Positions 12,461 to 24,200 of a stretch of 64,000 bases of DNA are shown piece after piece. A program made the translations under genes and the position numbers. The first letter of the stretch is position 1. The number at the start of each line of letters is the position of its first letter. This stretch comes from Lama guanicoe. Lineage: Eukaryota. Below the pieces are notes generated by a model. It was not told the origin of the DNA and ran no database searches. It saw nothing but the letters and a program-made list of their open reading frames with translations. The stretch covers positions 16,112,373 to 16,176,372 of the forward strand of contig MU053881.1 of the NCBI GenBank assembly GCA_013239625.1, written 5' to 3'.

Positions 12461-15400
12461 GAACTGCAGATGCAAAACCTGAATGGTGATAAATTAAAAG
12501 GCTTTTGCCAGCGCCACACTGGTGTCCTTTCTGCACTCTGAGGACACGTGAACCTCAATTCAGGGCCTTTCTCTCATGCTCTCAGGGAAAGGAGGCACAG
12601 GGGAGATGAGGCAACCTAAAATTTGACCCTGGGGGCGAGTGGACAAATGTGAACAAGCTGCTACCAAGGCACAACCAAGGCCTCATGCATGAAAAGGCCA
12701 GGTTCTGCCTATCAGCTTGGCAAATGATTCGCAATTGACTGGAAAATTAGGCGGACGGGGGCCTCCAGAAAGTGTAGCATAGCCGCTTCGTTTATATAAG
12801 GCCATAATTTGAAGCCACATGTTTATTGGATGAAATCATCCTCAAACTAAAAGGAGAAGGCCGGCATTATAGCAGAATCGGTTAGTAAACATCATTTAGA
12901 AGTCAGCGTGGGTCCACTTTTCCATGCATGTTTCCTGGAGCCCTCTGGGATCTTTTAAGAAGACATGATCGTATGAAATGATTGGAAAAGACAGACAGGC
13001 TGAGAAACAGCTACAACAGTCATGGTAGCTCAGAGCTGGAGGACAATTTAGGGTTGGCGGGATGCAGCCCCAGGCCATGAAATGCCCGGAGCCCCCAGAA
13101 GCTGGACAAGGAAGGTCTCCCTGGAGCCTTTGGGGAGAGTCACGGCCCTACAGATGCCTTGGTTTTGGACTTCGGCCTCCAGCGCTGCGAGGGAATCAAT
13201 TTCTATTGTTTAAGCTGCTCAGTTTGTGGTACCGATTTACAGCAGCCCCAGCACTCAAATCCAGCGTCCAATGCAGAAGATACTGGGTGCTCCAAGTGAG
13301 GCCGTCGCCAGGAAGGACCATTACCTCTCTTCTGCTTTATTTTTAAATATCCCCAGAGAAGCCCATCCCCAACACCCTCATTAGTACCCCTAGGCCTTCC
13401 AGTCTGGCCCAACCGGTCTGAGCCCTGGAGAAAGCCCCTCCTCCAGGCATGTACTCAGGCAGCTCAGTCCCTTCATCTGCCCCTGAGGCTGACCCTTCTC
13501 CCTGGAGTCTGTGGCCACATCCCCAACAAGGCTGTCTTCTTTCAACGTCCGTCCGTCTAATCAACAAATGTTTCTCCACTGCCTACCCCAGGTCTGGCCA
13601 GGCCAGTGGCCAGCAAAATAGACAGTGAGAGTGTAGAGGTCTCTGGCCTTCAGGGAACTTGACAAATCAACCCACCAGCAAAGAGGCATTTCCAACAGCA
13701 ACAGTGCTTGGGAAAGGAAAAGTGCAGTGTGTTAGAGCAGCAGTTCCCAAGCCTGGCTGGGAGTGATGCCGCTACACCCCAGGGGACACTTGGCAACGGC
13801 TGGAGACATTTTTGGTTGTCACCACTGGCGGGAGGGGAGGTACTTCTGGTATCTGGTGGGTGGAGGCCAAGGAGGCTGCTCGACACCTTACAATGAGCAG
13901 GATGGTCCCTAGCAGAGAATGACCTGGCTCCGGACGTTAGTGGTGCCGCCGTGGGATCAGAAACTGACCTGAGCAGGGCAGTCCTTTTGGATAATCTGGG
14001 AGGCAGGGAAGTGCTCAGAGGAGATAGTTGCTGAGGCTGTGCAGTGAGAGGGGATGGATGGGCTGAGCCTGGTGATGGCGGCCCAGGCGAGGGCGGTAAG
14101 CGCCAAGGGCAGGGGCAGCCAGGGCTGGCCTCGGAACAAGGGGCCCAGTGTGGCCGGCAGGGCCGAGGCGGGAGGGGGGAGGGGCCGAGGTCAGGAAGGT
14201 CAGATCCCACAGGGCCTTGTGAATGTGGGAAGGAGTCTGGATTTTCATGCAAGTCTGATGGGGAGCCCTGGCTGGCTGGAGACAGGGAGTACCAAGACAT
14301 GAGTGCCCTTAGGAACACATCAGCCAGGCCTAGCGTGGCAGGCAGACTCGGGGGAGGGACAGATGGTACTCAGTGGTTTCTGCAGGAGTGTGTCAAGGGG
14401 CCTGATGGTGGCTTGGGTCGGGCTCATGGGACACAGGTGGGTTCTGCTTACAAGGGGAAGGCAGACCTGCAAGGCTCTGTGTGGGGCTGGGCTTTGGGTC
14501 CTTCCCGGTTGATTAGCAGGCACATAAAGACATGGAAAGCCACCTGGGAAGCGGGTCTGGGTGGTCAGAGGAGAACCCTTTGAGAGCACCCCCAATCACA
14601 CAGTCCACTGTCACCATGTGCAGGTGGAAATCTACCTAGAGAACCTAACGTGGGCAGAGCCACAGTGACAACACACAGAAGTCCTGCTTGAGACTAGACT
14701 GAGCAGTCCTCAGAGAACAAGGGAACCCCACTCTGCTTTGAAAAGCAGTTCAGATCCTTGTGGACCCCAGGTAGGGCTCTGGGAGCCTCTGCGCCAGGCC
14801 GGTCATGGGGCCTGAGGGTGACTCTTCTCCCAGGGGACACCTGGCAACATTTTTGGTTATCACAACTTGGGGGAGGGGGTGAGTGGAAGCTACTGGCACC
14901 TGGGGGATGGGGGCCAGGGATGCTGCTCAGCACCCTGCAGTGACAGAACGCCCCCCCTCTGCCCACAGAGCACCATGCAGTTCCAGACGTCTCCAATGCC
15001 AAGGCTGAGAAACCATGCTTTAAATACATAAGGAAAAACAACGTTTGCACACTTTAGGGTCTCCCGAGGGCCTCAGAGGCTCATGAGATGTTAATATGAT
15101 TCCAAGTCCATGTCCATCTGACTATACAATGTTTAGAGCGAGGGAGGAAACCAGCCTTGCGGGGTGACTGCCCCTGCTGCACGGGCCTAAAGACACCTGC
15201 CTCCATTCAGGCCACTTTCCCCCCTCCAGACACCCTCGGGACCACCAGGAGGCAAGGGACCAGCTCACTGAGGGCTGATGGGCCAAGCTACTCTACTACA
15301 CTTTCTTTGTGTCACCTGTTCAGATAGACAGCACATGATGGCCGAGGACTCCGGCGATCTTCCCAGGCAGTGGCCTGGGACCCTGGTATGCTTGCCAGGA

Positions 15401-18400
15401 AATGAAAGCCCCAGGTGCGTCCTGAGGACTGGAGAAGCAAAATCTCAAAGTCTGCCCCTCAGCTCCCCCGGTTCCGCCTGCCTTAGAATGGGGTGGAGAG
15501 GTTCTGAGAGATGAGCTGGAAGATCCTGGCAAAGCCCCGTATGGTCCTGATGCTGACGCTGTTCTGATTTCAGCAGCAGCAGCCTGGGAGGGCGGTGACC
15601 ACGCCAGGGCTCTCAGGCCTTCCTCTTCCTCCATCAGCCACCTCAACCCTGGCCCAGGCTGCCGTGGTGCCGGGCACTTCACGGCCCTCACCGGGCTGGT
15701 GATCTGACTTCCACGGGTGTGACCATTGGCAGGATAGAGACAAGGGCTATTTCTGCTCCCTCAGTATCCCTGAGAGCCAACTCTACACCTGGCTTCTTAA
15801 CACTTTTTGCAGAATGATTTTCAGATCTTCCAGGAACTTCTTTCGTCTCATCTCCTGTAGCAGCAGCCAGTTCCAAAGTCACTTTTTCCCGTGAATGGAG
15901 TTGTTTTGGGCCCCCCCCACCTGACCCTGACAATACTGAGGATAGAGACCCTCGAATGCCCGTGATAAAACTTGACTGTCCCCTGGGCAGGCACACATGG
16001 CCTCCCAGACCTGGCTCTAAATACACCCCTTGTAAAGTCCCACGAGATCCGCTCCCACCTGAGTCATGTTCTTGCCTCTCTATAGTCACCCCAAGTGTAA
16101 GGACATGTGTGAGATCTGGAAAATTCCCTAACAGGGCTCTTCCAAAGTTGACGTGGCCAACCTGCCCACCTTCCCTAAAATGTTTTTTTAAATGAATGTG
16201 ACAAAATGAAACAAACTTACTATCAGTACAATTATTTATCCAAAATTCCCTCATTAAAGAAAAATGAAACCTGTCTCTAACCCAGTTTTATGGCCTGAAT
16301 TGTGTCACCCCCTACAATTCATTATATCTAAGTCCAACTTCCAGGGACCTCAGGATGTGAGAATATTTGGAGATGGGGCCTTTAAAGAGGTGATTAAGTT
16401 AAAATGAGGTCATTAGACTGGACCCTGATCCAAGAGGACAATTGGACACGGACCCCACATAGAAGAAAGACGAGGTGAAGACACAGGGAGAAAGTGGCAG
16501 TTGACAAGCCAAGGAAAGAGGCCTGAACACATCTTTCCCTTGTGGTGGCCCTCAGAAGGAACCAACCTGTCCACACCCTGATTTGGACGTCTGGCCCCCA
16601 GATCCACGAGACAATACATTTTCACTGCTTAAGCCATGCAGCCTGTGGTACTATGCCATACTGGTTCCAGGAAACTTGCACACCCGGTGGTGACAGTCAT
16701 GAAATGCTTGTAGCTGGGTTCCCTCTCACACACACAACCCCGAGAAACAGGACCAAGCTGGGATGTAAACGAATGAGTCACACAACGACAGCTTATTCAT
16801 TGCTCCAACTAACCCACAGGCTGAACCCTTGAATCACTACTTTATTTATCATCAGGCTCAGGCTCAGAGTCTCGACGAGGAAATGAGTAGAACCCGAACT
16901 CATCGGCTGCGTTTCTGAGACATGCCTCATCTCTGAGGCCCTTTCTGGGCTGGAATGAAAACTAAAGAGAGGTGAAGTGAGGGGCTCTGCATGGTGGCCA
17001 GCAGTGGGCTGGCTCACTGGGGGCCCGGCGGCGCTCAGACAGAGCCCTTTGTTTTGTCCCTCGGTTTCTGGGACGAAGGCAGAGAGAAGGGCCTGTCTTG
17101 CTCTGCGGGGAGGCCGAGCAGGGGCTGCCTGGCACAGTTGGTTGGGGACGCTGGGTGCACAAAGGGCCAGTGGATGGGGACTAGTGGGGAGGGCAGCGTC
17201 CAGGAGAGGGTTGGACGGCCCCAGAACGTGCCATTTCTTCCCCTGGAGTTAAAGCAGCAATGTCACGGTCAGGAAACAAGCAGAGGAGGATGTGTGAAGA
17301 GCAAAAGTTAGATGGTCCATGCTGTAGGGTGGGCCGGCGTCTGGAGCCAAGCAGGCAAGTGGGAGAAGATAATGCAGCTTCAAGAGCTGCCCTGATCTGG
17401 GGCTACCTCCACAGTAGCTCTTCAGAAGAAGATCTAATACCTCTAATCTCGGAAGAAAAGCAACAATTTGTCCCGAGACAAGGACGGTGCTCGCAGAAAT
17501 CCAGGTCAGCCGTAAGACAAAAGAAGAGAAAGACAATGGCTTCTGCTGTGCTGGCAAGTGATGACAGCCCCAGGTCACCTCCTACTCCTCCTCCGCTTAA
17601 TGTTCTCGGGGCCGCTGCCTAACTCCCCCTCCGTCCGTTCCCAGTGGTGTCTCCTTTTTATCAGGATTCCAGATTAAGAACTGAGCGGATGGCAGAATTC
17701 AGTTGCTGGCCTGTCTTCCCCACGCCTGCCCTTGGCAGTGGTTAGCTGGGAACTCAACAAACACCAAAGAGGCAATGGTGGGCCCAGCTAGGAACCAAAT
17801 TTTACTACAGAGCAGTGGTTCCTGTCCCGCAGGAGATGCACAGCCATGTATGGAGATGCCTTTGGTTGTCACCACCTGGGGTGAGTGTCTACTATTGGCA
17901 TCTCGTGTGTGAAGGCCAGGGATGCTGCTCAACATCCTCTGATGCTGAGGGAGGCCCCTGCAGCAAAGAACGACCTGGTCCCAGATGTTGGTGGTGCTGC
18001 AATTGAGAAACTGCTCTAGCAACTTGGTCTTTACCAAACTGAGGATACTAACGATCCTTTGTGTTTCTAGAAAGCGCAGGGAGCCCTCTCTGAAGTCGTC
18101 ACCTGCCTGAGCCTCAGTTTCCGTATCGAGAAAATAGGAATGAGGACTCCCTTGCTGCTGGCTGGCAGAATAAAAGAATTGGGTATGAAAACCTATCACA
18201 GGTAAAACTCAATAAAAGGCAGAGCTGCACAGGGACGTGCTTATGCGGTTCCCCTTTCCAGCTTGGTTTCACACCTCCGGATCCTTCAGGCCTTGGCTTG
18301 GGGCCAGCTACTTCTTCCGAGGAAACTTGCCAGAATCCCCCAGGCCCCGAAGCTTGTAGTGATCGTTCCTGATTCTGTCCCCACAACTGCTTGTGTCACC

Positions 18401-20796
18401 TCTGCTGCTGCACTGACCCACCACTCTGGACTCCCATTATCCCTGTGGGGGAGGGTGGCCCATAGAATGTCCTTCCTTGAGGGCATATCTCTATCCCCAG
18501 GACCCAGCCCCTAGCCCCTGGCACCATCAGGCCTTGCTTTACTGAACTCTGGGCCCACCCAAGACACAGGGACACGAGGAAAGGGAAGTGGCAAGTTAAC
18601 AAGCCCCCCATTGGGGACAGAAAATGAATCCTACGGTGAAACAGAAAGGGGAGATTCCCAAGTCCCCACTTGCCTCTCCAAGTTACAATCCTGGACCCAA
18701 GGGAGGGTCTCACCCAGGGATTTCCAACTGGAAGGAACCAGAAGGATACAGCTGAAACTTTGGTAACAGGTCCAATGCGTGAAAGAAAGCATGTTCGGCA
18801 TCGCAATTTTCTATGTGGAAGATAAGGAGGCAGTAAGATAATCACTTTTGGATTCAACTGTAGAATGCAAAGCCAAACAAAAACGGGATCACTGCAGTGG
18901 GGATTCACCTGTCAGCGGCTGCATAGAATGAGAGGGGGCTGTGTGCTGGAGATGCTAAGACTATCAAGAAGGGTAGTTGGGTTTCAAAACTGAGAAACAC
19001 TGATTGAGGCCAATCCATTCATTTTGCTGGTGAAGAAACAAAGAGACCTGACCAAAGTTATGACCCCCAATAAACGACCCTCCACGGGAGCATGCCTGGC
19101 CACATTCCTGGTATAGGGAGGAGACAACAGCAGGGCTGTGGAACCAGAAGATTCTGGTCTTGTTCATGGCGGGGAGTGGGGAGCAGGGAGTGTACTCGCC
19201 AGGGCAAGCCCACACTCAAAACCTGTAAGAGGAATGACTGTGGGCTCTAATCATGTTCTGGGGCAAGTGAGGCTGAGAGCCACCTTCCATAAGGGCCAGA
19301 ACATTCTGGAAGTGAAGGGGGTGTTTATCTTTCTGTGGCCCTCTTTACATTCAAGTTACCCAGATTCATGCTCTGAATGTGCTGTAAACCCAGGCTCTGT
19401 GGCCCTTTAGCAGATCCCAGACAAGGATCCCTAGGGTTGGGGAGAAGAGAAATTAATGCTGATCAAAACTGCGTGGTGCAAGTCCCCTGGCAGAGCCAGG
19501 CCCATCAGACAACAACTTTACAGCTGCCCATGTCAACTCCCACTGCTCCTTAAGAGTCTGTAGACATCAAGACTAGAACACACCTCAGGAAGGCAGGTGC
19601 TGGTACCCTCCAACTGTAAGGCACAATGTCCCCACCAGCTCCCACTTTAGACAAAGAGGTATGGGAAAGGCCTTCCCTTAAAGACCCCTGGCCTACAGGG
19701 TGCCCACTGGCTGCCGTGTCTCTCCCAGGCTGAGCTCACACCCGCCGGGGGACAGATTTCCTGTATGTCGTTTTACCCATTTAAGTCCAAGGATGCAACT
19801 CAGAGGAGGTGGTGACAGCCTAGCACATGTGGGTGTGTGCACACCCACCCCCTCCTTCTAAAACCCAGTTCCGGCCCCATAGTAGGGGCCCAAGAGCTCC
19901 TTCCTTGCTCCCTAGAACCCCTAGGCTTCAGCCAGCCCTGTCTTAGAAGAAGAGTGTTGGGTTTTCAAGTGCTGAATACCACCCAGAAGGCGCTGGGACT
20001 AGCCTGGGTCACACAGCAGTTGGGGCTTAAGTCAGGAATAAGATGAATCAAGAGAAGAAGGTGGGCCCCCAAATGTCCATAGGATGCACCCCAGCGTAGG
20101 AACGGGGCCACTCTAACCCCTTCTTTTCTTCCCATCCTCCCCAGGCTCTCCCTGGACCAGATTTCAGTTCTTGCCATGGTCTCTACCCGCTTTCTGCCTC
20201 CCCTCCCATCCCCCATTTCCCCTCTTAACAATTCGGCCCGCCGCCGCCGCACCAGTGGGTTCAGGGTGCTCCACATTTACTGAGGACGCACTGAGTCCCA
20301 GGCGCTGCCCTCCCTCAGGTACCATTCCTCTGCCTCTTTACCCGTACGCAGAAGCCCCCAGGCCGTCCTGCACCCCTTCACCCGAATCGCACCCTGGCTG
20401 TTCCCCCACCAGTCTTGCTCCTCTCAACCCTCAGCCTGGGCCTCTCAACCCCGCCTCCTTGCTTCTCCCCCTCCCAGCCTCGTTTCCTGCGACCCCTCAA
20501 CTACCACTTAAGCCACGTCTTCTTCGGAGAAACTGCTCAAAGCCGCAAGACCTGCCTCCACACCCGCCCGAAAACTCCCTCACTGGGCCCATCACATCAA
20601 CTTTCTTCTTCATCGTCCAGTTCCCACTCCGCCTCCTGCAAACCCTCCAAGACCCCCAAACTCGTTCCCGCCCCCTCGACCCCTGCCTTCGCGCCACCCA
20701 CTCCTTCACTATCCCTCAACTCCGTTCCCCTACAAAGCAACCCACCGATACGAGCTTCGAGATCGAACACCCAACCTGCGACCGCCCGACACTCAC

Positions 20797-20925
20797 CTGG
20801 GCCTCGGCCACCGCGCGCCGCCGGTCCCGGCCCGGGTCCCCGCCCGGCCGCCAGCCCGCTGCTAGTCCGGCCGCTCCGCCCCGCCGCGCCCGCGGCTCCC
20901 CCGCGCGCTCCCGCTTCCGGGTTCC
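20797..20925 (-). other. MYO9B: Probable non-coding exon 1 (5' UTR) of MYO9B; 5' end approximate
   Basis: Strong minus-strand donor CCCAG|gtgagt (plus strand actcac at 20791-20796) inside the CpG island. Exon 2 begins with a splice acceptor, so an upstream exon is required. Confidence 0.75.
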
Positions 20926-21213
20926 GGAGGGGCGGATCCCGGGGCGTGACGCCAGCGCGCCAGGGGGCGGAGCACCACGAAGCCCCGCCCGCCTTTCCTT
21001 CTCGGCCCCGGCCACCGCCCCCTGCCGCTGGTGGGCGAAACCAAGTGTGAGGGGAGGACAGAAAGGCGCGCGCGCAGGAGCCGCCCGCTCCATCACATCC
21101 ACGCTCTCCATAGCCCACGGCCACCCCTCCTGCGCCGCCGCAATATGGCCTGGTCGGGGCGAGGGCGGGGTGCGGGGACTTGAAGCGCCTGCCTTTGAGT
21201 TGAAGGCGGGAAA

Positions 21214-21242
21214 ATGGCGGATACTTCGGGGCGCGGTGCTGG
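21214..21242 (+). CDS. HAUS8: HAUS8 exon 1 (coding part)
   Basis: aaaATGGCG in good Kozak context; MADTSGRGAG; donor gg|gtgagt. Confidence 0.92.
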
Positions 21243-24200
21243 GTGAGTTGGAGCGCCTCGGGTCTGAATTTGTAGGTGCCAGCTGGACGGCCACGGCCGA
21301 GGGCTGGGGACTGAAGGGCGCAAAGCTGGGGAGCGAGGGCCCTCGGGGTGAGTCCGGATCTGACCCAAGAATCACGGAGGGTGCGCCGGGAGGTGGGAGG
21401 TGGGAATTCAGCCTCTGCGCATGCTCATGAGCGTGGGCGCAGGACCAGAAGTAGAGTTCAAGGCCTTGGTCTACCATTTCACTCCTGGGCGATTTTAGCA
21501 AGTGGCTTAATCTCTCTGTGCCTCGATTTTCCCCGCCGCAAGACCGAGGTGACGCTGCCGCCACTCAACCTTGTAGGCCTCGTGTGAGGCTTAAAAGCGT
21601 TTAGAACTGTGCCTGGCCCCTAAATGTGATCTGTTGCTAGGCAATTAGGGACTGAATGTTTGCGTCATCCCTCACGCCTTCCTCAAACTCATAGCCCTAA
21701 CCCCCTGCGTGGTTGTATTGGTAAATGTGACCTCTAAGGAAGTTAAGGTCAAATGAGGTAGTAAAGTGGGGCCCTCATCCTATAGGGCTGGCGTCCAGAT
21801 GAGAAGAGAGTCTGGAGGGCTTCCACGCTGGCTCTCTCCTCTCGCATACAAAGATGTCACCCTAGTGCACAGTGAGAAGGCGACCACCTGCCTTTCCTGC
21901 ACCTTCATCTTGGACTCCAGCCTCCAGAGCCATGAGAAATTAATGTCTGTTGTTTAAGCCGTCCATTCTCACGATTTGCAGTGGCAGCTCAAGCAGATGA
22001 ATCCATAGGTGCTGGGGAACAGGGAGGAGCAGACCTGGTCCCTGTCCTTCTAGAACCTTAGAGGCTGTCTTGCTCCTGACCGCCTTGGTCTTCAGGAAAT
22101 ATGACTCTGACAGGGTCCATCTCCTCCCACCTGTCGCAGGGCTCCATCAACAAGACCCAGAACGCCCCCTTTTTGCATGACTCAGCTAGCTAAGAATGGT
22201 GTATACATTTTTAAATGGTTATTCAAAAAAATCAAAAGATGAAGACTATTTCATGACACTTGAAAATAGGAGGAAATTCCCATGTCACTGCGAATAAAGT
22301 TTAACTGGAACGTGAGCACACCCATCTCATGCATCATCCATGGCTGCTCTGTGCTGGGATGGAAAGGTGGAGTAGCTGTAAATTTAAGCCTATGGCCTAC
22401 AGAGATGAAAATATTTACTGTCTAGCCCTTTACAGAGAGGGATTACCAACCCCTGGGCTCTGGGAACAGTCCGAGCCCTCAAGTGGAGAATTCAGAACTC
22501 TGTCAGCCCGGCACAGTGTTCTGTCCTCCCAGATCCCAGGTCCCTGTTGGTCTTCTCTAGCTAAGCCCCAGGGCTGATCAGTTCCAATTTCTGCATCATT
22601 CTTCTCTGCCCCCATGCCCTTGGCCTTGTTGATCCCTCTCTGAGAATGTCGTTCCTCACATACCTGAGCCAGTGTGCTTGGCACTCATCCCCCAGCCCCC
22701 ACCCCTTTTCCTGTCTGGAATGCTCCCCCTTCATGCTTGCCTGATTGCAAGATGCTAGTCATCCCTCTCTGGAAAGGAGGTCCGACTCTCATTCACTGCG
22801 TATCCCCATCGGCACACAGTAGGTACACAAACGCCCGATGAATGAATGAATCCATAACTTACGTTGAGATCTTTGAGGCTTGGCAAAAATCCTGGCACTC
22901 CTCACTCTGGGCCCTTCTCCACTCAGGTGGCGGGCTGCACTGTGTTGCCCCCAGGTGACAGGGCTGGGGCTCCATGTCCCCCTTCCTGTGGAGGTGGCCC
23001 TACCTGGCAGAGATTGACATTGACAGGGAGCCAGGAGGTGCTGGGACTGGGCCGTCCCGAGGAACCCCAAGCTCCTTGCTGGCTTCCCTGAGCATTTTAT
23101 CCAACTCAATTAACAAGACCCCCATCTCCCTCTTTCAGGAAGCCTTCATCAGGGGGTCCCAGTACTCCTAGTTGTGCTAAGATAAAAGGAAGAAGAATAC
23201 AAGGTAAGCAAAACTGGAATCTATCCCACCATCCAGTGAAATAAAAAGTGATTTTATTCCCTCCACTCAGTAAGTGCTTTTGAGGAAGGGAAATAAAAAC
23301 AGTCCAGAGGAGGGAAGCTGGGGCTTTACTTCTAGTCACACCTCTGGGGACCCCAATCTGGTCACCTAGCCCTGCAGCCAAGGGTGCAGTAGGAGCTGGT
23401 GGAGGTCACCTAGGGCAGTGAACCCTTCCGGCCATGAGGGTCGAGGGTCATGCTCAGGACTTGTCACTTGGAAGTGTGGGTGAGGAGAGTGAGTGAATTC
23501 GTTATCAGACATCAAAGTCTGCTTCTTCTCAGTAACGCGTCAGTCCCTCACAGGTACCCACATGTTCAGTGTCCACCTGTGAGTCCAGGATCACGGTCCA
23601 CAGCCCCCCCTTGACTCTTGGCAGTGACCAGTTTGGGTGGTAGACTCAAGGATCTCCCACAGTGGAACTCCCACCTCTATTACAATGAACTGTCTTCTTG
23701 GCTGTGGGCCAGTGCACATCTCAAGTCCCAGCAGAACTCTGGTTCTGAGTGACAGGAGGTTTATACATTACAGCATGGCTTGATGATCTTGTCTGTAACA
23801 TCTGTCGTATTTACCCGTGGTCTAGACCTGGGACACCAGTTATATCCTTTCCTTGCTTCTGTGGAAAAGCCACCACTGTTTAAACAAACATGTGCATTCC
23901 GGTTTTCCAGAAGCTTGAAACTGCATTTCAACTGTGCGAGGAACCCAGAGCCTCGGATCCTCCCTTGATGAGGAAAATCCTTTGTTGACAGTATTAGAAA
24001 GACCCAACGCAGGATGCTCTCCCCCCTCTTGGGGATATCCTTCGCCCCAATCCCTTACTGGATGTCCAGTGGTGGACCCTCACTGTGGCTTGATTCTCTC
24101 CCCTGGACCCTGCCTGGTCCTGGCCCTTAGGTGCCTCCTGCTCGATTACCTGAACCCACTCGCCCAGCAGCCCACTCTTCCTTACCCGGGGCATGCCTGG

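Larger units (their letters stand above)
20740..21560. promoter_or_regulatory. CpG island / bidirectional promoter shared by MYO9B and HAUS8
   Basis: Very GC- and CpG-rich. Tandem ETS/GABP-like cttccgggttccgg (~20914-20927), GC boxes, YY1-like aaaatggcgg (21211-21220) and NRF1-like tgcgcatgctca (~21416-21427). Divergent first exons on either side. Confidence 0.88.

Noticed and set aside
15688..16254. 188-aa minus-strand ORF in MYO9B intron 1 with a protein-like middle section
   Set aside because: No recognisable family and no convincing splice sites identified. A BLAST or PhyloCSF check could revive it.
20171..21430. 419-aa plus-strand ORF and overlapping long ORFs
   Set aside because: Non-ATG start and Pro/Arg/Ala-rich. 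This is the expected stop-codon scarcity of a CpG island, with no recognisable domain.
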